From positions 23,836-87,835 of the IMG/VR virus record IMGVR_UViG_3300033273_000513: 64,000 bases of DNA, one strand, 5' to 3'. Position numbers and translations under genes: made by a program. The stretch is from a virus. The notes beneath the pieces are model-generated. The model was not told where the DNA came from, made no database searches, and saw nothing but the letters and a program-made list of their open reading frames with translations. Of this stretch, positions 33,539 to 47,100 are shown in pieces; position 1 is the stretch's first letter, and each line of letters begins with the position of its first letter.

Positions 33539-34303
33539 ATGGCTAAAGGATTCAAAGTTATTCCCAAAGAGACTGAACCAAAAGAAGAGTGGGATTACGA
33601 CGCGATCAAGGAACGAGTCAAAGGTAAGAGTATTGTATTCTGCCTACCTGGTCGTGGGTGTTCTTATATCTTTCTGAAAAATTTTGTACAACTTGCATTT
33701 GATCTTGTACAGAACGGCACACAGATTCAGATTTCCCAAGATTATAGTTCAATGGTTAACTTTGCACGATGCAAAGTACTCGGAGCGAATGTTCTGAGGG
33801 GACCGAAACAAATTCCTTGGGATGGTAAACTGAAGTATGACTATCAACTGTGGATTGATAGTGACATTGTGTTTGATACGAATAAGTTCTGGCAACTGAT
33901 TGATCTTGCGATTCCTGCAGAGGGAGAGGAGAAAGAGATTGTTGCTGGATGGTATGCAACTGAGGATGGCCACACAACATCTGTTGCACACTGGTTGGAT
34001 GAGGAAGACTTCGCAAAGAATGGTGGAGTCATGAATCATGAAACAGTGGAGAGTATCAGTCGAAAGAAGAAACCATTCATTGTAGACTACACAGGTTTTG
34101 GATGGGTACTGATCAAACACGGTGTCTTCGAACGATTGGAGTATCCATGGTTTGCACCGAAGATGCAGGTGTTCGAATCAGGGAATGTCCAAGACATGTG
34201 TGGTGAGGATGTCAGTTTCTGTCTCGATGCCAAGAAAGAAGGTATCGTGACGTGGTGCGATCCACGCATCAGAGTTGGTCACGAAAAGACGAGGGTAATC
34301 TGA
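33539..34303 (+). CDS. Glycosyltransferase family 2-like (GT-A) protein
   Basis: QLWIDSD DxD motif; YTGFGWVLI; GEDVSFC...DPRIRVGHEK. Confidence 0.7.
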   Translation: MAKGFKVIPKETEPKEEWDYDAIKERVKGKSIVFCLPGRGCSYIFLKNFVQLAFDLVQNGTQIQISQDYSSMVNFARCKVLGANVLRGPKQIPWDGKLKYDYQLWIDSDIVFDTNKFWQLIDLAIPAEGEEKEIVAGWYATEDGHTTSVAHWLDEEDFAKNGGVMNHETVESISRKKKPFIVDYTGFGWVLIKHGVFERLEYPWFAPKMQVFESGNVQDMCGEDVSFCLDAKKEGIVTWCDPRIRVGHEKTRVI

Positions 34304-34482
34304 TGTCTGAGAAACGTTTCAAGTTAGTGTATGAAGGGCGGGATCTCTCGACTCTTCTGAGTGAGGAAGGAAAGTTTGAAGCGATGCAAAAACTTTCGAT
34401 TTGGTTTGATGAGGGTCGTGAAGGTGCGATCGATCCTGATAAAGTAAAAGTCATTGATGTATTGGAGGAGAGTGAGTCCTGA
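34303..34482 (+). CDS. Hypothetical protein
   Basis: TGATG coupling on both sides. Confidence 0.65.
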   Translation: MSEKRFKLVYEGRDLSTLLSEEGKFEAMQKLSIWFDEGREGAIDPDKVKVIDVLEESES

Positions 34483-34628
34483 TGGCAAAGTCTAAAGTTG
34501 GTCTGAGTGGTGGAGTGTTTGTACAGTCTGAACCGAAAAAAACTCGACAAGGACAAGGAAAACACACATTGTATAGCGCAACCTCTCGCAATAAAGCGAA
34601 GAAACCCTATCGCGGTCAAGGCAAGTAA
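34482..34628 (+). CDS. Small highly basic protein (not in ORF track)
   Basis: 48 aa MAKSKVG...PKKTRQGQGKHT...KKPYRGQGK; GGAGGAG RBS. Confidence 0.75.
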   Translation: MAKSKVGLSGGVFVQSEPKKTRQGQGKHTLYSATSRNKAKKPYRGQGK

Positions 34629-34630
34629 TC

Positions 34631-34783
34631 ATGGATGCAGCAGTTGAAGCCTGGAACACCATGGGGTGGTTTGAGGGTGTTTTGTTTACTGGATGGATCG
34701 TTGGTTTGTATTGGGCGAAGTTGAAATTGGATCAACGTTTTTCTCGTCGAACCGTCTATCGAATTAAGATGGAAGATGATTAA
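34631..34783 (+). CDS. Small membrane protein (not in ORF track)
   Basis: 50 aa with a hydrophobic, Trp-rich helix. Confidence 0.6.
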   Translation: MDAAVEAWNTMGWFEGVLFTGWIVGLYWAKLKLDQRFSRRTVYRIKMEDD

Positions 34784-34807
34784 ATAGAAGAAGACATAAA
34801 ACTTTAT

Positions 34808-35485
34808 ATGGCTTGTTTGATTGCAAATCTTCCTTCACAGGAAGTCTGGGTTCGTAAAGAATATTTGACGGATCATCAAAGCGGTCATGGAGAGTTCGTC
34901 AAGGGCGTCTGGGTATCGGTCAAATCGATTCCTGGACGCGCTTTTTATTTTGAGACATACTTACCAGAGTATGCAGCAATGTACGATAAACTCCCCATCA
35001 GTGCGTTTGTGGCGGATCCTGAGACTCCTTCACCTGATATGAGTCTACCTAACCTACAATTCTGGAATTGTATGGATTACGGCGTCGTTTCAGTGGACAA
35101 GAAGTTCATCGGTAGTATGAACTTTGAGTGTTATACCAGAGATCATGGTAATGTCAAAGGCACATATATTTGTACGATAGATAATTATCATCATGATCCA
35201 GATTATGTGGATTGGGCTACGAGTGAAAATCCCGCAGAACACAAGTCACACAACCTGATTGAACTTGAGAATGGACAATACGCATTGTATCCAAACAATC
35301 GATTGCGTATCTATGATAACAGTTTGACACCTGAGACACCCAAGATGCCTGATTTCAAGGTATCGACTCAATATTATCAAGTTGAGAATGGATTTGATCG
35401 TCTCGGCATGGGTCGTGAGGATGAATATTTTTGGAAAACATCAAAAGAACGCCAAACGGAGGAAAAAAATGACACCGAACAATGA
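34808..35485 (+). CDS. Conserved cyanophage-type hypothetical protein
   Basis: 225 aa; preceded by TTAAATA late-like motif. Confidence 0.8.
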   Translation: MACLIANLPSQEVWVRKEYLTDHQSGHGEFVKGVWVSVKSIPGRAFYFETYLPEYAAMYDKLPISAFVADPETPSPDMSLPNLQFWNCMDYGVVSVDKKFIGSMNFECYTRDHGNVKGTYICTIDNYHHDPDYVDWATSENPAEHKSHNLIELENGQYALYPNNRLRIYDNSLTPETPKMPDFKVSTQYYQVENGFDRLGMGREDEYFWKTSKERQTEEKNDTEQ

Positions 35486-35642
35486 TTTTCTTGACAATTT
35501 AGCGAATGATCAGTATCAAAAACTGATTCAAGAAGTGTATAATGATGACATGTTGAAGAAAACGACAAAAAATAAGAACAATAACGAATTGATCGAACGA
35601 ATTGAAGAGGAAGATAGTTCGGAAGGTAAACAAGTGCTCTAA
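35469..35642 (+). CDS. Small hypothetical protein
   Basis: GGAGG RBS before ATG 35469. Confidence 0.6.
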   Translation: MTPNNDFLDNLANDQYQKLIQEVYNDDMLKKTTKNKNNNELIERIEEEDSSEGKQVL

Positions 35643-35683
35643 TTTCTGTCTAAATATAAAGAGGTTAGACCAGATTCGTATCC

Positions 35684-36082
35684 GTGGCAGGTATTTCAAG
35701 GACATTTAAAGACATTAGTTTGTCTTTTAAACGTCATCCAGTGACGAATGATATCATTTCGTTGAAAAATGAGGATGCAATTAAACGTTCAATACAGAAT
35801 ATCGTCCTGACAATGGTTGGTGAGAAAGCATTTGTGCCATATTTTGGTACAAATGTGAATGACTCTCTGTTCAACTTGAATACTTCTGTTGAAGCTGTGG
35901 GTTTGAAAGAACAAATTACCACAGCAATCAACAATTTTGAACCAAGAGTCAATAATCTGAACATTACTGTCACGGTTGATGCGGATAGTAACGACATGTA
36001 CGCAACAATTGAGTACGATATCATTGGTCTTCCTGTTCCTACTCAAGGAGTAGAGGTTCTTCTTTTCCCGGCTAGAGTATAA
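35684..36082 (+). CDS. gp25: Baseplate wedge subunit gp25
   Basis: FKDISLSF...AIKRSIQNIVLT..GE..F.P.FG...FEPRV; position before gp6. Confidence 0.9.
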   Translation: MAGISRTFKDISLSFKRHPVTNDIISLKNEDAIKRSIQNIVLTMVGEKAFVPYFGTNVNDSLFNLNTSVEAVGLKEQITTAINNFEPRVNNLNITVTVDADSNDMYATIEYDIIGLPVPTQGVEVLLFPARV

Positions 36083-38112
36083 TGGCTTTCGGTCAATACG
36101 TAAATTTAGATTTTGATCAGATCAAAGAGTCTATTAGAGACTATTTGAGGTCGAACACGACTTTTACTGATTATGATTTTGAAGGGTCTAACCTTTCGGT
36201 GTTGATTGATGCGTTGGCATATAACACATACATCACCGCCTACAACACAAACATGGCGGCGAACGAAAGTTTTCTTGATTCTGCGACGTTAAGAGAGAAT
36301 GTTGTCTCTCTCGCACGTAATATTGGTTATGTTCCACGTTCTCGTCGTTCTGCAAGAGCGAGAATCTCATTTAGTTTGAGTGGATTGACCGAAACTGTCA
36401 CAGCCACGTTGAAAGCTGGTCTGGTTTGTAATGGTTCTGCAGCAAATACAAGTTATATTTTCTCTCTTCCCGAAGACATCACGGTAAATGTCGTCGATGG
36501 TGTCGCAAAATTCGAAAATATTGAAATTTATGAGGGATTATTCGTCACTCAGAACTTCACGACGGATTCTTCTCTCTATAATCAACGATATATTCTCAAT
36601 AATTCCTTTATTGACACTGAAACTCTTCAAGTTAAGGTCAAAACTGACGAAAATGCGAATGTCGCAGTCACTTATAAGGGTATTGACAACATTATTGGTA
36701 TCACTTCGACCTCTTCTTCGTACTTATTGCAAGAAATTGAAGATGAAAGGTACGAAGTTCTGTTTGGTGACGGAATTATCGGTAAAAAACTGTCAAATGG
36801 CAACTACGTTTCTGCAACTTACATCACGACATCAGGCCGTGAAGGAAATGGAGCGTCACAATTCAGTTTTATTGGTCGTTTGATTAATCAAGACGGTGGA
36901 AGTATTGATCCATCCGCAGTTTCTCTGGTTACGACGAACGAACCAGCACGCGATGGAGACGATATTGAGTCAATTTCGTCAATTAAGTATTACGCACCAA
37001 GAATTTACTCGTCTCAGTACCGAGCCGTGACCGCATCGGACTATGAAGGCATTCTGGCATACATTTATCCGAACATTGAGTCCGTTTCTGCGTATGGTGG
37101 AGAAGAATTAACACCTCCAAGGTTCGGAAAAGTGTTTATTTCTGCAAAACCCAGAAATGGCGACTTTTTGTCTGACTTCACCAAACGTGATTTAGTCCAA
37201 AAACTGAAAAGTTACGCTGTTGCGGGTATTGTACCCGAATTTATCGATCTGAAGTACCTTTATGTTGAACTGGACTCCTTTGTTTATTATAACACAAACT
37301 TCAGTAATGATCCAAACCAGTTGAAAACGCTTGTATCGAGCACTTTGACTCAATATTCGCGTTCCATCGATGTAAACAAGTTTGGTGGTCGATTTAAGTA
37401 TAGTAGAACACAAACTTTGATTGATGGTTCTGACGCATCTGTCACTTCCAACATCACCAGAGTCAAAATGAGAAGAAATCTCATTTCTGAACTCGGAAAA
37501 CAAGCTCAGTATGAACTTTGTTTTGGAAATCAATTCCACATTGCAGAATCTTCGTATAACATCGTTTCTACAGGATTCAAGATTGATGGAATCAATGATG
37601 TCGTCTATATGGCAGACGAAGTGATTGATAAGAAACGTGGTCGTCTGTTCTTCTTCACTTATACTGATGGTGGCACTCCAAATATCATCAAACGAAACGC
37701 CGGCACGGTCAAATATGACATCGGTGAAATTCTTATAGATACTGTAAATATTGTTTCTACAAACATTTCGAATAATGTTGTTGAAGTTCAAGCCATTCCA
37801 CATTCTAACGATGTAGTTGGTCTTAGAGACTTGTACATTAAGTTTGATATGACAAATACCAACATTACGATGGTACAAGACATTATTTCTTCTGGTGAAA
37901 ACACATCTGGTTCCAGATTCACAAGAGAGTCTAGTTATAATGTTCCAACATACGTTAGAAACTCCAAATCGCCAATTTCTAGTACTGCATTGACCACTGT
38001 GGCATCAAGTGCAACGTCAACCAGAGCGGTATCAAGTACAACCGCGTCATCTACGACATCAACGTCAACTTCAACATCAACTTCTAGCGGAACATCCAGT
38101 TCTTCCTACTAA
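36082..38112 (+). CDS. gp6: Baseplate wedge subunit gp6
   Basis: LDFDQIK...DYDFEGSNLS...ESFLDSATLRENVVSLAR; RAVTASDY. Confidence 0.92.
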   Translation: MAFGQYVNLDFDQIKESIRDYLRSNTTFTDYDFEGSNLSVLIDALAYNTYITAYNTNMAANESFLDSATLRENVVSLARNIGYVPRSRRSARARISFSLSGLTETVTATLKAGLVCNGSAANTSYIFSLPEDITVNVVDGVAKFENIEIYEGLFVTQNFTTDSSLYNQRYILNNSFIDTETLQVKVKTDENANVAVTYKGIDNIIGITSTSSSYLLQEIEDERYEVLFGDGIIGKKLSNGNYVSATYITTSGREGNGASQFSFIGRLINQDGGSIDPSAVSLVTTNEPARDGDDIESISSIKYYAPRIYSSQYRAVTASDYEGILAYIYPNIESVSAYGGEELTPPRFGKVFISAKPRNGDFLSDFTKRDLVQKLKSYAVAGIVPEFIDLKYLYVELDSFVYYNTNFSNDPNQLKTLVSSTLTQYSRSIDVNKFGGRFKYSRTQTLIDGSDASVTSNITRVKMRRNLISELGKQAQYELCFGNQFHIAESSYNIVSTGFKIDGINDVVYMADEVIDKKRGRLFFFTYTDGGTPNIIKRNAGTVKYDIGEILIDTVNIVSTNISNNVVEVQAIPHSNDVVGLRDLYIKFDMTNTNITMVQDIISSGENTSGSRFTRESSYNVPTYVRNSKSPISSTALTTVASSATSTRAVSSTTASSTTSTSTSTSTSSGTSSSSY

Positions 38113-38127
38113 TAGCGGAAAATATAA

Positions 38128-41100
38128 ATGATCGACACCTCTATCCAAAGAGTTAAAATTAGCCAGGTAATTGAAAATCAATTACCTGAATTTGTTCAGG
38201 CAGAAAATCCACTTTTTGTGGATTTCATGAAACAATATTATGTTTCACAAGAATTTCAGGGTGGAACAGTTGATCTTGGAGAAAATATTGATCGATATAC
38301 AAAATTACAAACCTTTGTTGGTTCCGCAACAACGGTATGCACTGGATTAAGCACAGATACTAAATCTTTTTCGTCAACTATTCATGTTGACACCACAGAT
38401 GGATATCCTGCAAAGTATGGTCTCTTAAAAATTGATGATGAGATCATTACATACACTGGACTGACCACAAACACCTTCACAGGGTGCGTCAGAGGGTTCA
38501 GTGGCGTCGATTCTCTGAAGAGATCTGATAGACCCGACCTGTTGTCATTTAAGAGCACGGTTGGTGCAGCTCACACTGGTGGAACGAAGGTATATAATCT
38601 TTCTAATCTCTTCCTTCAGAAGTTTTTTGATAAACTGAAGGATACGTTTGCGAATGGGTTCCAAAACAGAACACTTACTGGTGATCTAGACCAGGTTAAC
38701 TTTGTTCGTCAAGTCAAGGACTTCTATAAGACAAAAGGTACAGAAGAGTCTTATAAAATCCTGTTCAAAGTCTTATTTGGTGATGATGTCAATATCATCA
38801 AACCATCTGATTTTCTTTTAAGACCATCTGATGCAGATTATCGCATCACTAATGATCTATTGGTAAAAGTTATTACAGGTGATCCTCTTTCTTTGAAGGG
38901 TTCTACTCTTTTCCAAGATAAGGACGAAAAAGATAATCGTATTCAAGGAGCTTCGGGCGCAATCTCCGAAATATCTGATTTTGTCTACGGTGGAGACCAC
39001 TATTATCAGATTGGATTGTCTAGAGAATCGGTTGAGGGTTCTTTTGTCATTCCAGGTAGGACTAGGTTCACAGATAACGTTTCAGTGGGTGCCACGGTCC
39101 TTACAGTGGACACTACGGTGGGATTCCCTACCACTGGTGTATTAAACTGTATTGATAAGAACGGCACTATTGGTGTAGTTACTTACACTGACAAGAGTTC
39201 TACACAATTCATTGGTGTTGATCCAATGATCACCGATTATGCAATCGGCAATGAAGTCAGATACAATAATGTTGCGTATGGATATTCTGCAGCCAATGTC
39301 AATGACAAAATTGAAGTTGTCATCACTGGTGTTCTTGCCAACATGCAACTTCCACCAGATGGAATTTATTTTGAACAGGGAGACAAGATTAGAGTTGGCA
39401 CACCTGGTCTCTTAACGAGTCCAGAGGATCCAAACTTCAACTCCTGGATGCATAATGTCTCGATCAAACATAATCCAACTGTTTTTGAACAAACATCAAC
39501 AACTGGTGTTTATAATGTAGTAACCGCAGCAGCTCACGACTTCTTTGAGGAAGATTTTGTTGAAGTACTTGATGCTGATGAAAATTTACTTGGTGTAGGT
39601 AGAGTTAGTAGTGTTACTAGTAGTTCCACCTTTGTTCTGAGTGATCTACCAGGTCTGCAACCAAATATTGACCTTGTTGAATTCATCAGAAGAAGACTGC
39701 ATAGAGGTAACAGCACCGTTCACGATAACATTACCAAGTATACCACAGATATTCAAAACTCGTATGATCATGAGACTTTAAATCCTCTGGCGAAACCGCC
39801 ACACCCTCATGTATACGTAACATCTCCATCTATTCCAAGTTTGGGTGGTGAACCTATTACTGTCTCGGATCGTTCTATCACATGGACTGGTACGACTGGT
39901 GGAGACATCATTCAACTCATTCAAGTTACCGATGGTTCTAGAGACCATGGTTTCTACACAGGTGAAGTAATTACTTTCAATGTAATTCAGGGTGTTCTCG
40001 GAGAACTTGAGGACGGCAAGAATTATTTTGTAAAAAGAGAGAATTCTAACGAAATTCGACTTGCTGGATCTTTGTCCGACTTGGTAAACGAAGATTATGT
40101 CAGGGCTACTGGTCAGGGCACGTTTAAGATCTCCGTTCCTGAACTGGCTAACAAAAAACTTGAAAACCAAAAACTTCTGAAGAGAATCCCCATCAATCCT
40201 GTTTATGATGGATCGTTGCATGAAACCACTCCAGGACCAACTGGTATCTTGATGAATGGTACTGAAATTCAGAACTATAAGTCTGGTGATGTCATCCTGT
40301 TTGGTGGAATCAACAGTATTGACGTTCTGTTTGGTGGAAGTAACTATGATGTGATCAATCCACCTGATGTTGTGATTGAAAGCACTGTTGGAACTGGTGC
40401 AAGTGCAACGGCAAACGTAAAAGGTCAATTTGTAAGATTTGACATTATTGATCCAGGATTTGATTATACGGAAGAACCAGATATTGAAATCACTGGTGGT
40501 AATGGTAAAAATGCTGTAGCAAGAGCTGTCTTAAGACAAGTTGACCACTTTGTAGACTTTGATGCTTCTTCTACGGGTGGAAGAATCAATATTTCAGACA
40601 ATACTATTGGATTTGGTACGTATCATAAATTCAGAGATGGTGAAGCTGTAATCTATAAGACCTTTGAAGGCACTGGTGCAATTGGTATTGCAAGTGACTC
40701 TAGTGTTGTTGGTATTCAAACAAATCCAGACCAAAGACTGGTAAATGATGAAGTTTACTTTGTGTCTAAAGTTGATGCATCCACAATTAAACTTGCAAAC
40801 ACTCGTGATGATGCTATCAATAAAGTAAATCCACTTAACATCACTGGATTCGCAGATGGTGTCCAGAGATTTGAATCTTTTGGTAAGAAGAAAGTTCTCG
40901 GTCGTATTATTATCGATAATCCTGGTGAGGGTTATGAAAACAAGAGAAGACTTATACCTGTAACTGGTATTAATACATATTCAGATTACATTGAATATCA
41001 GGGACATGGATTCCAGGATGGAGAAGTTGTTAGATATACAAACGAAGGTGTAAGAATTGGTGGTCTTGATACCACACAAGATTACTATGTCTTGAAAGTA

Positions 41101-44100
41101 AATGAGGATAGATTCAGACTTGCAGCTGCAGGTATTGGTTCTACTCTTTCTGATGCAAATTACATCACAAGAGAGTATGTTGGATTTAACTCAGTGGGTG
41201 AAGGAGAACACGTTTTCAATTATCCACCTATTTCTGTAAAAGTCAAAGGCACTCTTGGTATTAATACCACTGGTGCAGAATCTCAGAATTATCACGCACA
41301 GGTTAATCCTGTTGTAAGAGGTTCTATTACTTCAATCAATATGGAGGAGTCTGGAATCGGTTATGGTTCTTCGACTATCTTCAACTTTGCAATTCCACCA
41401 ACAGTCAGAGTTTCTTCAGGATCTTCTTCAGAATACAAAGCTATCGTTCAAGATGGTAGGATTGATTCTGTAATCATCACTAATAAAGGAGAAGGATATA
41501 TTTCACCCCCAGATCTCACTATTTTTGGAGATGGTGTAGGTGCTAAAGTTATTGCTTCGATTAGTGAAGGTAGAGTTGATAAAGTAACCGTTGCAAGTGG
41601 TGGTGTTGGATATTCAACATCCCAAGTCGTTGTAAGTGAACAAGTTCCTGGAACTGGAGTTAAGTTCCTCACTAAAGTCAAGAGTTGGAACATCAACAAC
41701 GTTCAAAGATACGTTGATGTGTTCACTCAAGACGATGGATTCCTGACTAGGGGAAACAATGACATTGGAATGAAATTCACTTCGTTGTATGTTCCCAGAT
41801 CTTTAAGAAAAGTTCTGAAACAGAAGAATAGTGATAATACGTACAATTACGCACAAAATGATTTGTCTCTTGTCAATAATGCAGAGGCAAGTGCATCTAA
41901 CCACTCTCCTATTATTGGATGGGCTTATGATGGCCATCCAATCTATGGTCCTTATGGATATGACAGAAAGGATGGTGGTGTTGCAAGAGTAATGCGTTCT
42001 GGATATTCTCTGAAAACGTCTAGAACAGATGGACCTCCTATCGACCTCTATCCTCTGGGATTCTTTATTGAAGATTATGAATTCCTTGGAAAAGGCGACC
42101 TTGATAAGAACAATGGTAGATTCTGTGTCACACCAGATTATCCTGATGGAACATATGCATATTTTGCAACGATTAATCCAGATGAGAATGATACCAGTGG
42201 TACGTTCAAGAACTTCAGATCACCAGTATTCCCATATCTGATTGGTGAAAATTATAGAGCAAAACCAGATAATTTTAACTTTGTTGAAGTTAACGACCAA
42301 AGACTTGATTTTAGTGCGATTGGACTGAGAAGAAACTCTTATCCATACAAACCAACATCAGCCAATACAGATTATGACGGATATTACAGCAGTAGAGATA
42401 AGGTAACACAGGAAATTGAAGTCAACTTTGCTGCCAAAGGTGATATTAGAGACTATGAAGTTGAAAATAGAGGCACTGGATATAAAGTAAAAGATAAACT
42501 GAGACTTAGAACTGTTGATGCTGGTACAGGGTTTGAAGCTCAGGTTTCCAGAGTTGTTGGAAAGAAAATTGTTTCTGTTGCTTCTACCACAGTAACTGTT
42601 GATAATGTTGTATTTGATTACAACAACAGAACTGGTGCGGTTGTAGGATTTTCGACACAACCACATGGATTAGCCATTGGAGACTATATCACAGTATCTG
42701 GTATATCAACAGATTCTCTCAAACAACTGACTGGAACTCATCGAGTTGGTTTTAATACTTCCTTCCTGATTCTTAACACTGGCATTGGCACCACAGGAAC
42801 TACTGGTATTGTAACCGACTTAAGTGTTAGTGGTAACTTAAATCGACTGAACATCGAACCAGATGATGTTGTTGGTATCGGTACAACGACAGAACAAATG
42901 TTGATTCTGAACGTTGATGCACTGAATAATTCAATTCGAGTCAAGAGAGAACATAACAATGTTGTTGGTTCTTCTTATACAGGCACCTCTTTGATCACTG
43001 CATTGAACAGAGTTATTCAGTTCAATGTCGGACTCAACACTGATTTTATTACCAACAGAAACACAAGAACTTATTTTGATCCATCAGAAACATTATCTTT
43101 AGGATCCACTGCAGGTGTCGGTATTGGTTCTACCATAAGATACACACTCGGTGTTGTTGGTGGAGGATCTACTGATAAATTTGTCCTTACACAACAAGCT
43201 CTGATTCCAGGACATGGATTTAGAACTGGACAAAAACTTCTCTATAATAATGGTGAAGGAACTTCTATTCAAGTCTATAATGGAATTTCTACTTTCAATC
43301 TCGCAAATAATTCAATAGTTTATGTTATCAATGATGGCAGAGATCTGATTGGTCTCTCTACAAATCCAGTAAGTATTGGTAATACTGGTCAGGTTGTTGG
43401 TGTTGGTTCTACAGCTTACAGATTATTCTTCACTGGACATGGATCTGGAAGAGTTCATAGTCTTCTTGAACAAGATATTGAAGTTACTGGTCGTGTAGAG
43501 AAAAACGTAGGCACAGTTGTTTGTCAGGAAAATCATGGACTTTTACAAAATGACATTGTTTCTCTTTCTGTTACTCCTGGTATTTCTACCACATATTATG
43601 TGAAGTATAATGATACTTCAAAGAGAGTTATCATCAACCCAAGAAACTTTGGTGGTGCGGAAATTAACACCACCACAGATACCATAAACATCCCAGATCA
43701 TGGTTATGAAACTGGTGACAAGATTTTATATACTTCCTCAAACGTTGCAACACCACTTACAACGGATACTGTTTATTTTGTTGTTAGGAATGATTCTAAC
43801 TCCTTTAAGTTAGCTTCGACTTATTATCAAGCAACTAAAGCTGTACCAACCATCATTGGTTTGACTGGAACAGGTTCTGGTCATGAAGTTGGATTGATTA
43901 ATCCATCCATAACAGTTGCTCGTGGATATAACGTGGGATTTGCACTGTCAGATCCATCACTTGTTCAAACTGTTAATGGTAAAAAGAGACAGATATTTGA
44001 ATTTAATTTGTATGAGGATAAAAACTTCATCAAACCATACTATTCTAATCCAGGTGAACCTTTCCAGGTAGTTGGTGTTGGCACGGTCGGTGTTTCTACT

Positions 44101-47100
44101 GATGCAAGAGTTAATATTTCTATCACAGATTCTACTCCAAGAGAACTTTTCTATAAGTTAGATAATGTTAATCTTGATATTGTTGATGCGTCCAAGAAAG
44201 ATCCAATCACTGACATGGACGTTGTTGGATTTTCCAGAATACAGTGTGATTTTAGTGATTACAACAGTGTGTTCAATGTTACTGGAATTGGAAGCACAAC
44301 GTTCAATTTTAACATCCCATTCAAACCAGAGAAGGGATCTTACACACCAGAGGAAGCCACAACTCTTGAGTATTCAACAACTGCTACTCAAGTTGATGGT
44401 CCAATCGACTCTGTTCAAATTATTTCTAGAGGAAAAAATTATACAGAGATTCCTGTTGTAGCTTCTATTGCATCCACTAGTGGTGTTGGTGGTGCTATCA
44501 GACTGGTAAGTAAAAATATTGGTGTTCCTAAGACATTCACTATTAAGAATGTTGGTTTTGACTATTCTGCAGACAAAACTTTAGAACCATCTGTTCTTTT
44601 CCCACAGATCTTAAAACTGGATAGACTTTCTAAAGTTTCCAATATTGGCATTACATCTGGTGGTAAGAATTATCTAACTCCACCAACACTTATCTTTATT
44701 GACAGAATCACTGGTGAAGTCAATACTGATATTGTAACCCGTACAGAACTTCAGGGTACATCTGTCAATGGAGTCGAACTTCTGAGAAATACCAATAGAC
44801 TCTTTGACTCCTCTCCTCTAGTTGTTGCAACTAACAACTCTAATGGATTCAAGGTATCTGATGTTTCATATCAGACTTCCACTAGAACTGTAACTTTGAC
44901 TCTTGAGAGTGGAACTGTAGGATTCTCTACATCAACATATCCATTCACAATTGGTGAAAAGATCTTTGTTGAACAGATTGGTATTGGCTCCACTGGTAGT
45001 GGATATAATTCCACAGATTATGGATATAAAAATTTCACTGTAACTGGAGTAACAACCAATTTTGGTGGTGGTGGTGCTAACGTTTCGTATCAATTAGATC
45101 CAGAGGTAACAAATCCAGGCATCTATAGTGATGTTGGTTCTTCTGCAAGAGTTGTTCGTTCTGCAGACTTACCAATCTTTACCGTTGATGTTGAACCACT
45201 TAATTTTGCTGAGGGTGAGATTGTAACAACTGGTAATAAAATTGGTGAAGTCACAATCTGGAATGAAAACAATCAATATTTGAAAGTCATCTCTGACGAC
45301 TTTTTCACAGTTGGTGAAACTCTCAATGGACAATCTTCGAAGACTGTTGGTATTATCCAGGAAGTTAACAGTTCTACTGCTAAATTTGATATCGATGCAA
45401 CTTCTGAAATTAGAAGTGGCTGGCAAAGAGACACTGGTAAGTTAAGTGAGGAACTTCAAAAGACCTCAGATAATGATTATTATCAAACATTCTCCTATTC
45501 TTTAGGTTCTACAATTGAATATGATAAGTGGAGAGATCCTGTCAATGCTCTTGGACACGTTGTTGGATTCAAGAACTTCTCTGATCATAATATTATCTCT
45601 ATTGCATCCACTGATGCCAAAAATAGAAGAACTGCTAATGTTGGTGTTGCATCCGACGTTGTATCTTTCTTGGTTGATATTGTCAGTGACACCACTTCCA
45701 TTCACGAAAAATACAACTTTGACCTTGCATCAGAAAATTCATTGTTCATTGGAAATGATTTAGCCTCTGATGAAATCAAATTTGATAACATAATCCTTTC
45801 TGATTACAGTGAATCTAGAACTAACAGAGCTATTTCCATTGATGGTATAAGTGATCAGTTCAATGATCTGCCTCGTGCCACGGCTTTCTCTGATATTGCA
45901 GACTTCAATCTTGAAAAAATCCGTGGTGGTAAGTTTTATATCATGGCATTTGATACCAGATTCTCTGGTGAAAAACAAATTCTTCAAATGAACCTTCTCC
46001 ATGATGATAATCTTGGATATCTGGTTCCCTTTGGTAGAGTAGAAACAACCATCGATTTAGGAGAGTTTGATTTTACAGTTTCTGGTAGTACAGGCACAAT
46101 TCGATTTGTGCCCGCAAAATTCAGAAATAACAACTATGCGTTGAGAATATTCTCTCAACAAATGTTTATTGACACCGATACCACAGTAGGATTTGCTTCT
46201 ACTAGTGTTGGTACTGGATATAAAATTATCTCTTCTGCAGCTGGTATCGGTTCAACAGATCCAGAATCTGTTTGTGAAGTTGTTGCATTCAGTACAACCA
46301 CAACAACCACATCCAAACTTCTTGTTCTCACGGAAGAACTTGGTGGTCAAGAAAGAAGTCAACTGAATGAACTAGTTATTCACCAAGATGGATCTGAAGC
46401 ATATGTTCTTGAATATGGACAATTGTTGAATGATAATGTTTCATCCACAAATGCTCCAAGTGTCGGATTAGGAACCTTTGGTGCAGATGTAAGATCTGGT
46501 ATCGCTAGTGTTTACTTCACTCCAGTTGCGGGTGTTGGTGTAACGATGAGAGTTCATCAAACAGCAATTGATTCTTCTGCAACTGGAATTGGTAGCACAT
46601 CAGTTTCTTTGAATCAGATTCTGACCACTACTACTAATATTGCATCTACTGGAACTCCTCAAGCCACTAGAATTAGTGGATTTGGATCTGGATCATATCA
46701 AGCTGCAGATTGTCTCATTGAAATCAATGACACAACAAATAACAGGAGTGCAGTCACACAAGTAACCTTACTTCATGACGGATCTAATATCTACTTTAGT
46801 GAGTTTGGTGCATTCGACACTTTCAATGGTTCTGGTATTGGAACAGTTGGTGTTGGGTATTCTTCTGTTTCAGGTGGTGATTTAGAACTCAGATTGACTC
46901 CACCTGCAAACACCGCAATCACCACAAAAGTATTCCAGTATAACTTCACTGAAACTGGAACAGGTGGTGTTGGTTTTGTTACCTTTACTAATTCAGAGAT
47001 ACGTTCTCAAGACGGAACGTACACTGGAACTGATAACGATGTTAAGTTCTCATTCCCACTGAAGCATAATGGAGACTCGGTATTCCATAAAGTATTTGAT

